Notes: generated from the sequence alone by a model not told the origin. A stretch of DNA of 64,000 nucleotides from Tubiluchus corallicola (GCA_030141605.1 JAQGDQ010000043.1:869996-933995), one strand, 5' to 3'; shown: positions 51,001 through 64,000, numbered from the stretch's first letter. Made by a program: numbers and translations.

Positions 51001-51937
51001 AGTACGTTTGTGTACACTTGACAATGCCGCACAGACCATGCTATTGTAATAGTAACAGTTTTAACAGCTATCTAGAACCTTACCTAGTTCATTTTTCCTT
51101 GTTCCAAGCAAGATCCTGCTAATGAATCACTGTACACACAGACTAATGCATAATTAAGTAAATAGTCCATGTAAAACAACTGAAGCGGCAGATGGCTTTG
51201 TTTTACCCACATGTCACATGACTGTTGTAGTTAAGATGCTTTGCTGTGGTGCACTTAATTTTTGACCTATAGCAAATGCGCATAGCAAAACTATGAAAAG
51301 GCTTATTCTTAATCGTCCATATTTATTTAACGTCTGTGTTACTACTACTGCCAGTTGGTTAACCAGAAATTGTTAACTATGCGAATGCTAAATTAAATTA
51401 TCAACTTTTTAATTACTTCCATTGCTTGGATGTTGATCTGTAGTCTAAAATATGCATTTTAGCTACATATATTTACCTATTATAATTGCCTACATAGTTC
51501 TAATATTTAACAGTTTTTTAATTATTAGTTAATTTCTGTTTAATTAATATTATTTCCTTATACCAGCTGGTACGCAACTAATTAATTCAACGCCTGTTAT
51601 TCTTGCCGGTTAGAGGTAAACATTCTCTTTTAATGTATACTTTTTAAACTTAGACAAACTTATATAGTTTTATGATGTGTGTGTGTTTTAAATTAGCACA
51701 CATGGTACAATAATTAATATAAAGCTTTAAAAAAATTACTGGTTAAGATTAGTTAAAGGGGATATGGAGGATATGGAATGAGGAATTACTAAAAAAACAA
51801 CAATAGAATTAAAAATTATACACAAGCTATATTCTTTGCAGCACTTGAGACTTTCATGATTTTTTGTTTTAGGTCATGGATTTCACCAGAGCTGTCTTCC
51901 TGATGGATTTTATTGCCAAGTGTGCATTGAGCATTGA
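33383..51937 (+). CDS. HPS5: BLOC-2 subunit HPS5 (Drosophila pink homolog), about 1480-1490 aa
   Basis: Exons 33383-33484, 34211-34321, 35065-35126, 35641-35827, 36253-36383, 36748-36954, 39694-39863, 40473-41566, 42754-42892, 43289-43415, 44133-45029, 45674-45835, 46498-46716, 48963-49075, 49474-49948, 50254-50299 (or 50335), 50678-50810, 51873-51937. WD40 region [66 protein letters not shown]; [14 protein letters not shown] and GYIP motifs distinguish it from TECPR2. Confidence 0.92.
38983..39032. repeat. (GAT)n/(AAT)n microsatellite
   Basis: About 13 GAT units followed by AAT units. Confidence 0.95.
41877..42488. mobile_element. piggyBac-type MITE
   Basis: TTAA (41873-41876) + CCCTTTCACTAC ... 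GTTGTGAAAAGG + TTAA (42489-42492); subterminal GCGGCAGT..GCCTTC repeats near the right end. Confidence 0.7.
47746..48813 (-). mobile_element. Internally deleted hAT transposon (Buster/Charlie, ZBED5/ZBED8-like transposase remnant)
   Basis: TIRs CAGTGTTTCATAACC / GGTTGGGAATCACTG. N-terminus MDKYLKRK...[15 protein letters not shown] finger [25 protein letters not shown]-terminal dimerisation domain LDSFW...[15 protein letters not shown]. Catalytic middle deleted; frameshifted; no clear TSD. Confidence 0.9.
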
Positions 51938-53771
51938 CCTTCGTAAGCTGTTTGAATGAAATGTTGATGTTACCTGACATTCATTGTAGGTGTGCCGATT
52001 ATAAACGACAAATTGATATCCACAAACTTGGCTAACATGCAAGTTTTACAACTACTAATTAATCAGGAGCTGCAGTCATCTAAGAAAGCAGTTAAAAAGT
52101 AATTTTCTTATTTTTTAGTATAGCTATTGCCGCGTAGATTAATTATACTTTATTTCTGAAATTCAATGCTACTTATGTTTGCAGGTCTATAGTAAACATA
52201 AAAATATGATATTTATATATAAAACTGCAATAAGTATTTTATAAATATATAGTTATTTATATTATTCTATTTTTTAATGATATTATAAATATAGGTATGT
52301 AGAAATTAATTGATAGCTAAGTTGAGAGATCTTAAAACATTCTTTATGTTTTTTAACTTGAAAATAATTGACATAATACACTTTTATGGAACAAAATTGT
52401 GTCACTTTAGTTTTGGATTAAGACTGTGACTTGGACAGTGATGTGATGGAATTTATACACCAGAATTCCACAACATAGGTCCTCCACTTGGTGCCCTCAA
52501 AGCAGCTGTCATAGGTTGAATTATAAAACTAACACTGAGCCACTTGATTTCGTATGAAGAGTTAGTCATTGCTCTACTAATTAACTAGACAGAGTATTAT
52601 TCTATACCCCTCGTCCACGTGGCTTAAGGAATAAACATACACACTTTAAGGTATAGTTTTATATAAAAATTTTAAAAAGTGTAATATGAATGTAAGTATC
52701 CAACTTTTGTAATATATTAGGTCTTGAAATAATGTATTTAATAAACTTTTGTTTCTTTGTTTTTTAAATTCAAAACATTAAAACAATAATTACGTGCATA
52801 CTTGCCATTGTGGGTTTTAATATGTGCAAGTACATATTTTTCTTTTTTGTATTTATTTTGCACATCATAAATGTAGACATAAACTCAAAAATAGCTTTCT
52901 GTTATCATTTTGATACATACTAGATATTTTTTCAGCTCTGCACAATAGATGAGCTAGCTGATTAGCAGTGCTTCTATTTTTGCTTTCCGTACCATCAATT
53001 AAATTTAATTAGTTAGTTTATGTAGTTTTTTCTGTTTGCCATAACAAAATAATACCTAAATATGGTGAAATTATTTCAGACTTAAAAAGAAAAACATGCA
53101 TGTAAATAAGAAAGTTGATTTATGAGAGGAAGAAAAGTATGAAAAGTGAAAGGACATGAAGTTGTAACATAAAAATGAGAATAAAAAATTAGATTCACAT
53201 GAGAATGACATAATAATGTAATAAATATAAATAAATCAGCTTTTATTTACTGTGCACCTGTGTACACTGATAAAGGAAAAACATGTTCTTGCTTCCTGTC
53301 CCTCACCAATAGCTACCAAGCAATATTAAGGAATTGCTTGTTGTTGCACTGTATTGTTTATGATCACAAACCTTAAAAACTAATGATTTATGAGCAGAGC
53401 ATGAGAAACATTAGATCAAATTGTTTTTTGAATGTGTTTTTTTTCTGGTATATTTACATGCAATGTATTTATCACTTGTGACATACATCAAAAACATTAA
53501 TTTAATGTACTATAACATGTTACACATACATTAACAATTCAGTTTTCATGATATCTGCACCAACGTCTCTACAAAAGTACTTGGTGGTTATTACCTAAAA
53601 TAGAAATGGATTTTTTTCCATACTTTACTATGTAGATACTGTTACATTGAAACAGTTACTTAATACACTATATGTTTACATTTGACAATGTCTGAAGGTA
53701 CTATCCTTTATTATGAGATCAACATTGAGAAGTTTTTCCTGACAACAAAATATGCAGTTATAAGCACTTTT

Positions 53772-56700
53772 CTAAACTGTTGTATTTTTGTTTTGCTGCC
53801 CTCTTTCTCTCAATTTTTGCATAATAACCTCTTTGTAACTATTAATGTTGTACACCATGTCCTCATTATATGGCTCAAAAGGTAGCACGTAACTCTCACG
53901 TTTGAAAAGACCTTTAGAGTTTTTCAACGAACATGCAAGTATTTCAGGTGACATGGTGATGTTGAGAAAATCGGCTATGCGCTGTACTTGATAACGTAGG
54001 TTAGTTTTTAAATCTGAGTAGAAAACAATCAGCATCTCCTTGTGGAATTTCAACCAGTCAGTGTGGAAATTGTACCAGCCTTCTGCATTTCGCTTGACAA
54101 ATGATGACCACACTGTAAGATATTAACAGAATTCTTAAGTAGAGTAATTAAACTAACGAATATGCATTTTTTTATGATTGAAACAGGATAAAAGCCTGGA
54201 GTAATTACAGAGGTCAACAATAAATCTGCATTAAAGGCAGAAGTGAGTGATGAAAAATAATGTTACTAGTTTATCTATTTTTCCGTGATTATTAATAACT
54301 GCAGAACAGATTTGTGACTAATGTGTGGCTGATTACAAAGAGTAAATTGAAAACATTTATTTGCAAATTTTTGATCGTTATTTGATTAGTTAAGTGTATA
54401 AACGCACATCTTTGATCATGCGACCATTTCTTGTAACTATTAAGAAAAACCAGCGAGTTTTATGTCACTGGCATTCACTGCTCATTATTTTCTCTTTCTC
54501 TCTGCAGAAAATCCTAAAATGAGGCTAATTTTTTTCAAATAGAATTGGTTTAATAAATTCCTGGCGCTCATCAACTTTTGTATATAAACTGTGTTACTGC
54601 CAACAAGTGACCCTGCCGCTCAAAGATTTTTTCCTTCAAAACAATACTTAAGCGTTAGAAAATCGATCATATCTCGGATGGAAGATGGCAGTGACCTAAA
54701 CTGACCACCCCTCACGTCTGACCATCAGGGTCGGTATTAAGCCAATTTGACATTTCTTTAAATTGGGCCCAGTGCACACGCTCGAGCCGAGGACGCTGTG
54801 ATGAATTACGAAGTTTCTTGACACTGTGAACGTAGTGAAACTATTCAGTCCGACATCGTATATCTATGTTTCAATGTTGTTACTGATCGTCTGTCTATTT
54901 GTTTTGTAATTTCAGTTTATCGTCTGTTTTGGAAGGTACATGCTCAAACACTATGTCAGTAATTATATTGACTTGTAATAAAACATTAAACATTTTATAC
55001 AGGTTTTCATTTTCTAGTACATAATCATTGTGGCTAATGGTTGAGCCTCTAGCCATCAACACTTTTTGGCTGGGACTGGTGTACTTCGTGAAGTGCATAA
55101 TATCAATCTTCAGTTTTGTAGGAAAGAGAGCCCTTCTAACAATTTTCTAATTGGGCCCCGAACTTCCTAGCACCAGCCCTGCTGATCATGCAAAATTTTT
55201 TTTAAAATTCACGCAGTTGTTTAGTCGTCCATAAAAATCAAATGGACAAACTCGGGTCAGATAATGTAAAACAACTGATATTTCAGTGCATATCAATTTT
55301 ATAAAAATTGGGTGAGCAGCACTGGCTATATAACTACTGAAACACTGGTTATTTTAAAAATTACATAATAATTTTTACCATTCTGTTGATGAAATCTTTC
55401 GGTGCTTGCATGTCCTACATGCCCACCAAATTGACGATTAAATTCAGCTAACATTGCATCAAATGGATCTCGTACCAGTAGAATTGCTTTATCAAAAACT
55501 TTTCGCTTTTCGTCTCCCTGTTCGTGTGTTTTAATAGCGATGACAGAGGAGTTCTGAATCCCTTCAGCTGGGAATCCATATTTACGTAAACCTTGGTCCC
55601 TATAAACACTTCCAGTGTATATGCCTGCAATACCAACAGCTCTAAGTTAGATAAGTTCTATCTCATCAACAATATTCAATGATTCTGAACATGTACTGCT
55701 ATCCTTACGATACCATCGATACAAGATTTTTAAAGAAGTGTCAGTGGTCGATTTGTTAGATTAAATGTTTCTCTTTATATCTGTACATCTGCTAAGCCTT
55801 TTAATGCCAAATTAGTACAATCATGTATGAGCATGGGAAAGTCTAATGATGTGAATGACTGCATGGAAAGTGACCTTTGGCCTTTAACTATGATGTGAAT
55901 GACTGCATGGAGAGTGACCTTTGGCCTTTAACTATGATGTGAATGACTGCATGGAGAGTGACCTTTGTTCTTTAACTAAAGATGCATCCTAAAAAAGTTT
56001 TGAGGCTCTATTTGTGAGCTTCAAACTAAAATTACCATAGTTAGCATGTGACACTGTAAAAATACACCAGTATGTATCATGAAAGCTAATATAGTTGGGT
56101 TGCTTGACGCCTGACCTTAAATGAAAAATATAAAAGACCTGCTAAACATATTGGCTAAAGTTGCCAGTATGGTTTGAGTAAACAAATTGAAAATTGTCAG
56201 GAGTGAACAACAGTTGGAATGTCACTGAAGACAAAAATCTTTTAAAGTGGATTTATGTGTTTAACTATGTGCAGTTAGGACATTCTGGGCATTGTATTTT
56301 ATCATTTTGTAGCATACTTTTTAACAAGAAACGAATCAGGCATTTTGCCAATGTTATTTGTAGTAACTGGGCAATATCTATTTCAGTCCTTATAAGGAAG
56401 CTAGTTGTTATGAATAAATTTCGGAATCATTAATTTAGTAATTAATTAATGGAATTATCAACTTCATTAGATTATGTTGATAAAGCGGATACCTCCTCGA
56501 TTTGATTAGATAAATTTATTGATGGATTATGGTAACTCACTTAGCTGGTTAAAGCACGATATTTAATGCGAAGCAAATTATCTTCACAGAGGTGTTTGTG
56601 TTTACTAGAAGTAGAACAGGTGTTCATTTAGAAAGTGAGAGCTTGTTGCAGGTGTTCGATTAGGAGAAGCGAAACTTGTTTTTATAACTTTATGTAAGTT

Positions 56701-59409
56701 AGATAAAAGCTCAATGTAATGTTATGTAGAGTTGCCTATAATTATTAAGAAGTAGTGAAGAGTGGATTTTTTTGGAAGAAAGGTTTATGGCCCAAGCCAA
56801 GCCGAGAGCAATCTTTGAGGGCTAGATGCTGCGAAGGACGAACGGGCAAGTAGTGGTTTTCTCCGAGCCAGCTGGATGGTTGTAAACTTACAAGCCAATG
56901 TATCACCTTTGGCCTATTGCGACATATTACGGCTTTACCGCGAAAGTTACGAATGCTCAGTTTGGGTATATAAGCCCATGTCTTGAGAAACGTGTGGTTA
57001 GTCAGTGGTTAGTTAGTCGGTCGGAAGTCAGTCGTGAGTCAGTCGGGAGCAAGTTGGTTGCGAGTTAACCAAGTGCCAAGTCGAGGGAGAGAGAGAGGCT
57101 ACTGGAATTCTGAGAAGAGCGAAGACAATGTTAGACCAGCGTGGACATCATTCTGCGTACTCAACTAATTGAGCACTGGATCTGCGATTTAGTCTTGCAT
57201 CAGAATTGGATTTGACCAATTGAACAGTCGTCGTATTGGTCATTCCACCGAGTTAATCTTAACATTTCGTAACTTGAGAGCAACTCTGCATAGTAATAGT
57301 TTACAGTGTAGTAAACACCTTAAGTGTAACATTCAGTTTGATTGTAATTGCATACTTCACATTGTAACTAGCACCTTAAGTGCGACGTAAGGAAATAGTT
57401 AAGTGAATCTATTTAGTGTCTCTTGGAGCTAAACATTATTTGTGAGCGTCTAGCGGCGACTCGGAACAAATCTTGTAATAACATTTAGCTAAGAGTAATT
57501 GTTGTAAAACAATAAAAGATTTCGCTTTAACTTAAATAACTAGTTCATGTATGCTTATAGGTGTTTCAGTTAAGCAACCTTAAATTTGATAACGAACCTG
57601 AGGATTCGCTGTGTACTTATCATTAATTTAATTTATAAGTTCAATTGCGGGAACTAAGCTAGTAAGCTTTAGAGATAAAGACTTTAATCACAACGCGAAG
57701 TCGTAGAAACAGTCTAGTGGGACAAGATCATAGCCCTATAGACTAATCTTAAGCTGTAAGAGCCAGGTTATAAATAACCTTATAGCGATTAATGAAATAA
57801 GAAGCGAATCAACCTTTAAACAAGTCGTACGGTTCTATAAGTCACGTGCTATAAGATCACGAGATATAATAATTAAATCATTATCAGAGAGATTAATCAT
57901 ATACGATAAATGGTACTTAGGATCAGGACTATAAAGAATCGGTCACGATATAACTGCCGTGCGATGGTAAGCAGTACAAAAATCATCAATTTATGACCAG
58001 ACAGAATGCAATGTTGATTAGCATCTTTCTTACATCTGTTTATCTTTTACTTTTGGACGTTCAGTCAATGCGCCCAACTCCGCATGTGCGCCGCAACTAT
58101 GTGTGTTCCACTAGTGATCAATAATGCGCGAGCACTTCATAACGTTGTATTATAATGCTATGCGCGTTATAATGAGAGACGTGCTGTTCGTTAAATTATC
58201 CCTGGGTCCAAAACGTCTTGTACAGCGTTGCCATGACAACAAAGGGTTGCCGATTTATAGTACTGCGTCCTATTGCTGCGCAAATGTGAAGCAACTGGAT
58301 TCAGGAAATTCATATACAAGTTGCAAATTATGCAATTTTATGTGCCTTTGTGAAAAGAGAACAGCAAATTAGGCCAATAACATTATCAAGCTTCATTGGT
58401 ATCAATAACATTGTACGTATTTATACCTGCAATTATTAATGTTATTCACACATGTATATGGAATAAAGGGGTTGCACGAACTATCATTATTTGTTGACAT
58501 GTTTTGTTCAGAAAAAAGCTTTTAGCGCAACAAATGGTGTTATTTCAGCAGAACATATAATTATCAGAAATAAAAAGAAAACAAAACGATGCATTAGAAG
58601 GAAAACTGTATTGCCAGATGTGACTGAAACACTATAATCATTAAGTACTGAAAAATCTAAATTTAATTGTATACGTGAAAAAGCGTAGTATAAAGTGAAT
58701 GGAAAATGACATTTATCTGGCAGATTGTTATTAAGACAAACTGTTTAAAATGTTGGCGATGTGTTAGTGAATGTAATATGAAAATGGAACAGTTAATTTG
58801 CAAAGCCAGTATCATAGCGTTGAACATACAAACATCCGTGCAACTGCAAACGGTATGATGCTTTGTATTAGTATAAAACTACCGCCAAATGTTATCAATG
58901 TATAACAACTATCACAATCACAAAGTAACGCTAAAGTAGATATGATTAGAGTTACCTGAAATTTGTTGTACTAGGTGACGTACCCACGTGTTCCCACTTC
59001 CTGGAAAACTGGAAAGAGCCACAATGGGAAGCCTTTTTTCTGACAGTTTGAGTTTTTGGCAGTCAGGTAGTTTCCTCAGTCGCCACGTTATCTGCGGGTA
59101 AAAGGGCATTGCCGCCCCATTTTGACTGTTGAGTAGTCTCACACTACCCACCGATCCGCCTCCAATGTACTGTGACTTCTCCTCCTCTGTACTCAACTGG
59201 TGATACGATGCTATACAGAATATTATGAAATACAACCACACAAAACCACAGAAGATGCAGATTGTACGTCTTCTGGCCTGACAGCAGATAGTGTAGAATG
59301 ACAACTCGTGCTCTGACTGGTGTTGAGTATGCTTGTACACTCCATACACACGATAATTAGTAATATCATCGCGATATCTCGATGAACATTGAACGGCTTG
59401 CTGCTGCAT
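53772..59409 (-). CDS. WSCD-family type II membrane sulfotransferase (CG9164-like, no WSC domain), 346 aa
   Basis: Exons 59409-58956, 55624-55379, 54112-53772. N-terminal TM ICIFCGFVWLYFIIFCIASY; 5'-PSB loop VALSSFPGSGNTWVRHL; GIYTGSVY, IKTH, 3'-PB AILLVRDPFDAMLAEFNR, GGHVGHA. The start Met could be extended by an upstream exon (acceptor at 59425). Confidence 0.9.
54726..55181. mobile_element. hAT-type MITE
   Basis: TIRs CAGGGTCGGTATTAAG / CTAGCACCAGCCCTG; subterminal AATTGGGCCC at both ends; 8-bp TSD CTGACCAT / CTGATCAT. Confidence 0.75.
55846..55977. repeat. 44-bp tandem repeat, 3 copies
   Basis: Unit ATGATGTGAATGACTGCATGG(A/G)AGTGACCTTTGGCCTTTAACT-like, three near-identical copies. Confidence 0.95.
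56195..57950 (+). mobile_element. Probable solo LTR of an LTR retrotransposon in the WSCD intron
   Basis: Composition shift; TATA box GGGTATATAAGCCC near 56964; downstream (AGTC/GGTC)-rich R-like tract; AATAAA at 57511; ends resembling TGTC...TCACGATA. No TSD found, so boundaries are approximate. Confidence 0.4.
58227..58240. promoter_or_regulatory. RFX X-box in a CpG-rich intronic patch
   Basis: GTTGCCATGACAAC, a near-perfect X-box palindrome; NRF1-like CGCATGTGCG at 58081-58090. Confidence 0.5.
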
Positions 59410-61799
59410 GCTATCATTATGCAACCTGTAAGACTACCATGCTACCTGCTTTGCTGTGTTGAGTGCAGAAGCCAGCGCACATAATCAAAACCGATTTTTC
59501 TCTTTCCGATTAAAGGGCTTCTTGGTTACTAATATTCATATTAGATGTTTATATTCTGCACCAACTGAAATAGTAATTTAGCTTTGTCTATACTGTCCCG
59601 AATGTGAATTTAAACAACTAACTTTAACAAGAAATTTGGGATAAATATTAAAAATAAATTTTGACAGTAAGGTAAATCTTATTACAGGATAAATCAATTT
59701 TAGCATCCGTGCTCACTTCTGCGCAAAATAGCAGTGTAAATGTAAAAGATTTTTGTCAATACTGATGGAACTATCATCAGTTCCTAATCACATGAATGTA
59801 CACAACTTGGACAAACAAATTGGTCCTATCCATTTGTCATATGCACAAAGCTATTTTTTGGGGACTTTTCTATCTGGATTCCAAATAATGCATATTGTAA
59901 ATTTTCACGCAAATTTGTTTATTTTGGTATAGGAAAATATAGTATACTTGAGTTAGTTGATAATTTTTAAACTGAGCTCAATAAACTAATCGAATTCAAA
60001 ATTCGAAAAACATTCTGCTAAAATTACGGTACCGAAACAGTCCTAGCTGTAAAAATTTTGTACTACACATTAATGGAAATAAGCTGTGTCGTCATGATGT
60101 ATGCTTAGTGATCGAAATTAAGCAATGCCGAGCTTAGTCAGCTAATAGATTTGTAGCAGCAAGAAAACTGTTCTGGCTGATTGATCTCGGCACTCTTTGT
60201 ATGAGTTTATCTCGTGAGTGACGATGAATACGAATTTAAACGTGGGCAGGGGGACCTCTCCTCGTCTTATTAGTCCATTTTTGATCTTGGTAATAAGATA
60301 TGTTCCAGTCCCGCCTAGGTCTGGATCTGGGTCTATGTGTACAAGTAGCAGAACCTGCCACTGAGCTTTGCCAAGCCATAATAAAAAATGGTCACGCAAC
60401 CATATTAATTGTATTTTCAGGCCAACAACAAAGCAACTGCTATTCAACAGTCATTAGTTTTTTCTTATACTGTTAATCGTTACAACATGTATATATAGCA
60501 TCTTATTGATCATCACAGATAAACTGTAACCTAACACGTAGCTTTATAAACTACGCCATGATGGCTTACATTAATTAAAACATGTTTATTATTATTTTAT
60601 AAACAAGTGGTGATAACCTGAACTTATCACACCTACCTGCATGCACATGTACATTATCATGATATTTTACTTGTATTACTAAACGTATTTTGTTTCTTCA
60701 CTACTGCATACAGCAAACATCTTTGCTCATGGCTTCATCGCTGAGCAGCAGATGAATGCGGGTCGATGTCTCGCGTTATATAGACACAGATGGCGGGCTG
60801 CACTTTCCGATAAGCAGATTCTTTTTCACATTTTTATTATTGCCGCTGTGCGGGCTGCCCCGTTTGCAAATATTAAACGCTGTTCATAATTTTAAACACT
60901 GCCGCCTGAGTCTACATTACATGTATGGTTTCATTTTTGCTGTGTAGACATTTGCCGCTATTACGCGATATAGTTCTTGTATATGTTTTGTAATTATAAT
61001 CGCAAAAACTCCCCAAATCTATAAAAGTAATAAAAATTGTACAATGTTCTCGAATAATTAGTAAATTTTACCCCAAACTATTATTTCCGCACAATTACAA
61101 AAACTGATACAAATAAAAATCACTAGAAAACTATAATAATGTAGAAGTTTACAGCAGGCTTATATTACAGACATTGCAACAAACATTTTGATTTTAGCAA
61201 TTAGAAAAAGAAGTTTTATAGATGTTTCTATTTTAGGGAACGAAGGGATGGAAAGTCTTATATGTCACATGTCAAATCAAATTTTCAAGTAAAAACCAAG
61301 TATTTCCAAGTACGTCTGTCACTGAAACGTAAAGGAATTTACAGTAATTAAGGACTAATGTATATTTCTGCCAACTCGACCAATCATATAGGTGAGATTG
61401 GGTGTACATGATGTACTGCATTTGGAAGAAGAGAGAAACAGTGGTAACGCATGGCAAAACAAACAGTTGTTACGATGACACTGATTAAACAATATCGGAC
61501 CGGCGGATTTCAATTTATTAATTATTATTGAACTTTCGAGTTTCTTATAAATCATTCTATAGGGTTAGTAAATATTATGTTATTTAAATCAAACATTTAC
61601 ATCGCAATTTATATTGGTGTTTTTTAAATCATGGTTTTTTAATAATGCGAATTTTTCATTCGGAATGTGCCGGTTTACAACAAGAAAAATATAATGATTC
61701 GAAAAATAAACCATCAATGGTACGACACTAGATCGAGACCTTTTGTTTGATGTATAGATCGCCGCAAATGGTGCCCTCGTCGGAGCTGTAGCCTCGAAT

Positions 61800-61801
<2 letters not shown>

Positions 61802-61833
<32 letters not shown>
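61802..61833. repeat. (TA)n microsatellite, possibly the 5' end of a non-autonomous Helitron-like repeat extending leftward
   Basis: About 16 TA units abutting a GC-richer block at 61720-61800. Confidence 0.8.
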
Positions 61834-61839
<6 letters not shown>

Positions 61840-62401
61840 ACCAAGAATATTAATATAAGAGATTTTTATTTTGTGAAAGAATGTGTATGGCTTTGCCAAT
61901 ACACGTTTACTCTGAGTTTTTTGTAAAGTTTATAATGTGTTACTATATCTAGTAATACTGCCTTGTCGGTCTGCTTGCAAAAATGTCACTCATCATCCGA
62001 AATGTACTTGCCTGCTTCTGTCTGCAATTTTAGCCTATCAGAAACACTGAGCAAAGACATTGAGAAGATGCAGAATAAGCAAAACAAATTTAAATTTGAT
62101 AGAGCAGTAACAGATAGCAACACTATAAGAGAAAAATAAAATTAACAAAAACCCATTACTTGTCTTATTTTAAAAATCTGTGTTTAAATAATTGTTTAAT
62201 TATGACTTTTCCTAATTCTATTCTTCAAATCAAGATAGGGCAGTATCATCTGTTGTCAAAAATTGGAGGGTCAAAGATAAACGTTCTACAGCAGAAATTT
62301 TCTTATTAGTTGATAAAGTTTAATTCTAATTAAGTACGACCTTTTCAAGGAGGACAAGTACAGATGCTATGCATTGACTTCATTGCAGACACTTAATTGC
62401 C

Positions 62402-63245
62402 TTATACATCTACATTATTAAAATTATCACAAATGCATCTTGGAATGCTCAAAGTCAGTAGCGAACATAACCTATCAGCAATTTCGAACCGAGTCTTACA
62501 TAATTTATCAGAAAAAGGCTGGTCCCAAGAATAACCCTCTTGCCACAAATGGGCTAAAAAGATCTTAGCAGAAATCAATACTGGATCTACCAGAACGCAA
62601 GGATCAAATACAGACGCAACTGACTGCAAAATAGTTCTTTTAGTTACACTAGCATGAAAATTTAAAGTAAGCTCGTATATGATACTTAACGTGTCGGTTT
62701 TCACATTCCAATTCATTCCAAGGACGTTGACCTCTGTATCTTCAACTCTGTCCTCACTTGGAAAGCCCTGAAATCTGAACTATCAAAACACCAACAACGT
62801 AAATTCATACCAGCAGTGGCAAACAATTTCTTAGAAGCAATATACAAACGTTTAGCATCATCAAGAGATGGACAACTTAGCATGACATTGTCCGCATATA
62901 TATTGTCAAGAATATTTTTTGACACAGGTTCCTGGTTCAACATACACTGCAGATGGCACCTGACAGTCTCTCTCAACAAAAAAGGCGAAGCGACTACCTC
63001 AAAAGGAACACGTGTTAACCGGAATATCTGCAGGTTAAATGTAGTAGTATTTTAAGGATTTAGCATTGTTCAACCAAAGAAAACCTATCACATCACGGTC
63101 AGCTTCATGTAAACCTATGGCTAGGAATGCTTTCTCTATGTCATTTATGACGCCATGGCGGTTCAACCTAATACGAAACAAAACTCCACAAAGGTCGGGT
63201 ATTAGACCTGGGCCTCTGTAGAGACACTCGTTTAAATGCCATTAC
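62402..63245 (-). mobile_element. BEL/Pao LTR retrotransposon pol remnant (RT and start of RNase H/A17 region)
   Basis: LNECLYRGP, DIEKAFLAIGLHEADRD, FRLTRVPFEVVASPFLL, NIYADNV, AGMNLRCW, TKRTILQSVASVFDP, KIFLAHLWQEGYSWD; frameshifts present. Confidence 0.9.
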
Positions 63246-64000
63246 CCAAGTGTCCTACTGCCTAAATATCGTCTGCCAGGTGACACTGCCCAACCGTCCT
63301 GTGCAGAGTGCCCTGTTTCACTCACGAATCAAATTTAATTTTCGTTGCCCAAAAATTAACCAAGAGTGTCATGATTAAAAACTGGATTTAGAAAAACGAC
63401 GGTGCATTGATATAATTGAAATTTCATATTCTGAATAGGAAGCATGTCTGCGTCTATTATGCAGTTGAAATTGTTCCCGCTGTTCTTTTTCTTTCTAGTT
63501 TATTGCCTTGCAAATGAGGTAAATTCTGGTGCAACTTTTTGCAGATTTGGTCAAATCAATTAATTTTACTCCAGCTTAAAAATCTTGTGTTAATTAACCA
63601 CAAAAGAAGCACAAATACGATGATTACACAGCTAGTGATCTACGGGAAAGAATAGTTTGAATGATTAAATCATTGAACGAATCGCTACTGCGCAGGCAAT
63701 CTTGCTCTCAGGACTTGAAAGTTTGTTATCTTATGTAAATTTGCAGTCTGGCTGATTGGTTGGTCCTATGAAATAACTAGCCAGACTGTACTGTGCATCT
63801 GTTCAAGTTTCAAAAGAGAGTTCTGAAAATAGCTGTGGTAGTACTTGGACAACGTTATTCGAGAGCAAGTATTAATCCAGTGACTAACTGATAGACATAG
63901 ACATTTATTTTCTCCAAATGGGTCACAATTTCCATTTTACAAAAAATAACTTTATCTGTAGAGATGGGGCGAGGAAAGACCTTAGGTCATCTAGTCACTC

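Noticed and set aside
55846-55977. CRISPR-like array
   Set aside because: The repeats are contiguous with no unique spacers, there are no cas genes, and the context is a eukaryotic intron.
61560-61568. Telomerase template CTAACCCTA on the minus strand
   Set aside because: A 9-mer expected by chance; no pseudoknot or H/ACA elements nearby and it sits in repeat-like DNA.

Overview
AT-rich, intron-rich eukaryotic (invertebrate animal, plausibly lophotrochozoan) genomic DNA. Most short ORFs in the supplied track are spurious or are single exons, so genes were rebuilt by hand from GT-AG splice sites with frame checks. Four conserved genes are clear: RNF5/RNF185 E3 ligase (+, 4 coding exons, 181 aa), ERCC3/XPB helicase (-, 18 coding exons, 804 aa), HPS5/pink BLOC-2 subunit with a C-terminal RING-H2-like finger (+, 18 coding exons, about 1480-1490 aa), and a WSCD-family sulfotransferase lacking WSC domains (-, 3 coding exons, 346 aa). 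A fifth, previously hidden gene at 4.8-7.6 kb (-) splices into a single-cysteine-rich-domain membrane protein with BCMA/TACI/Grindelwald-like TNF-receptor spacing. The first 3.2 kb look like a spliced non-coding locus carrying H/ACA-like hairpins and a ~450-nt structured segment with some telomerase-RNA-like architecture (speculative). An ERCC3 intron holds an inverted pair of Penelope-type minimal hammerhead ribozyme motifs, of which only the antisense copy keeps its catalytic core. Transposon debris includes hAT, piggyBac and TcMar MITEs, a deleted Buster-type hAT, CR1-like LINE pieces, a probable solo LTR and a BEL/Pao pol remnant. No database searches or folding programs were run.
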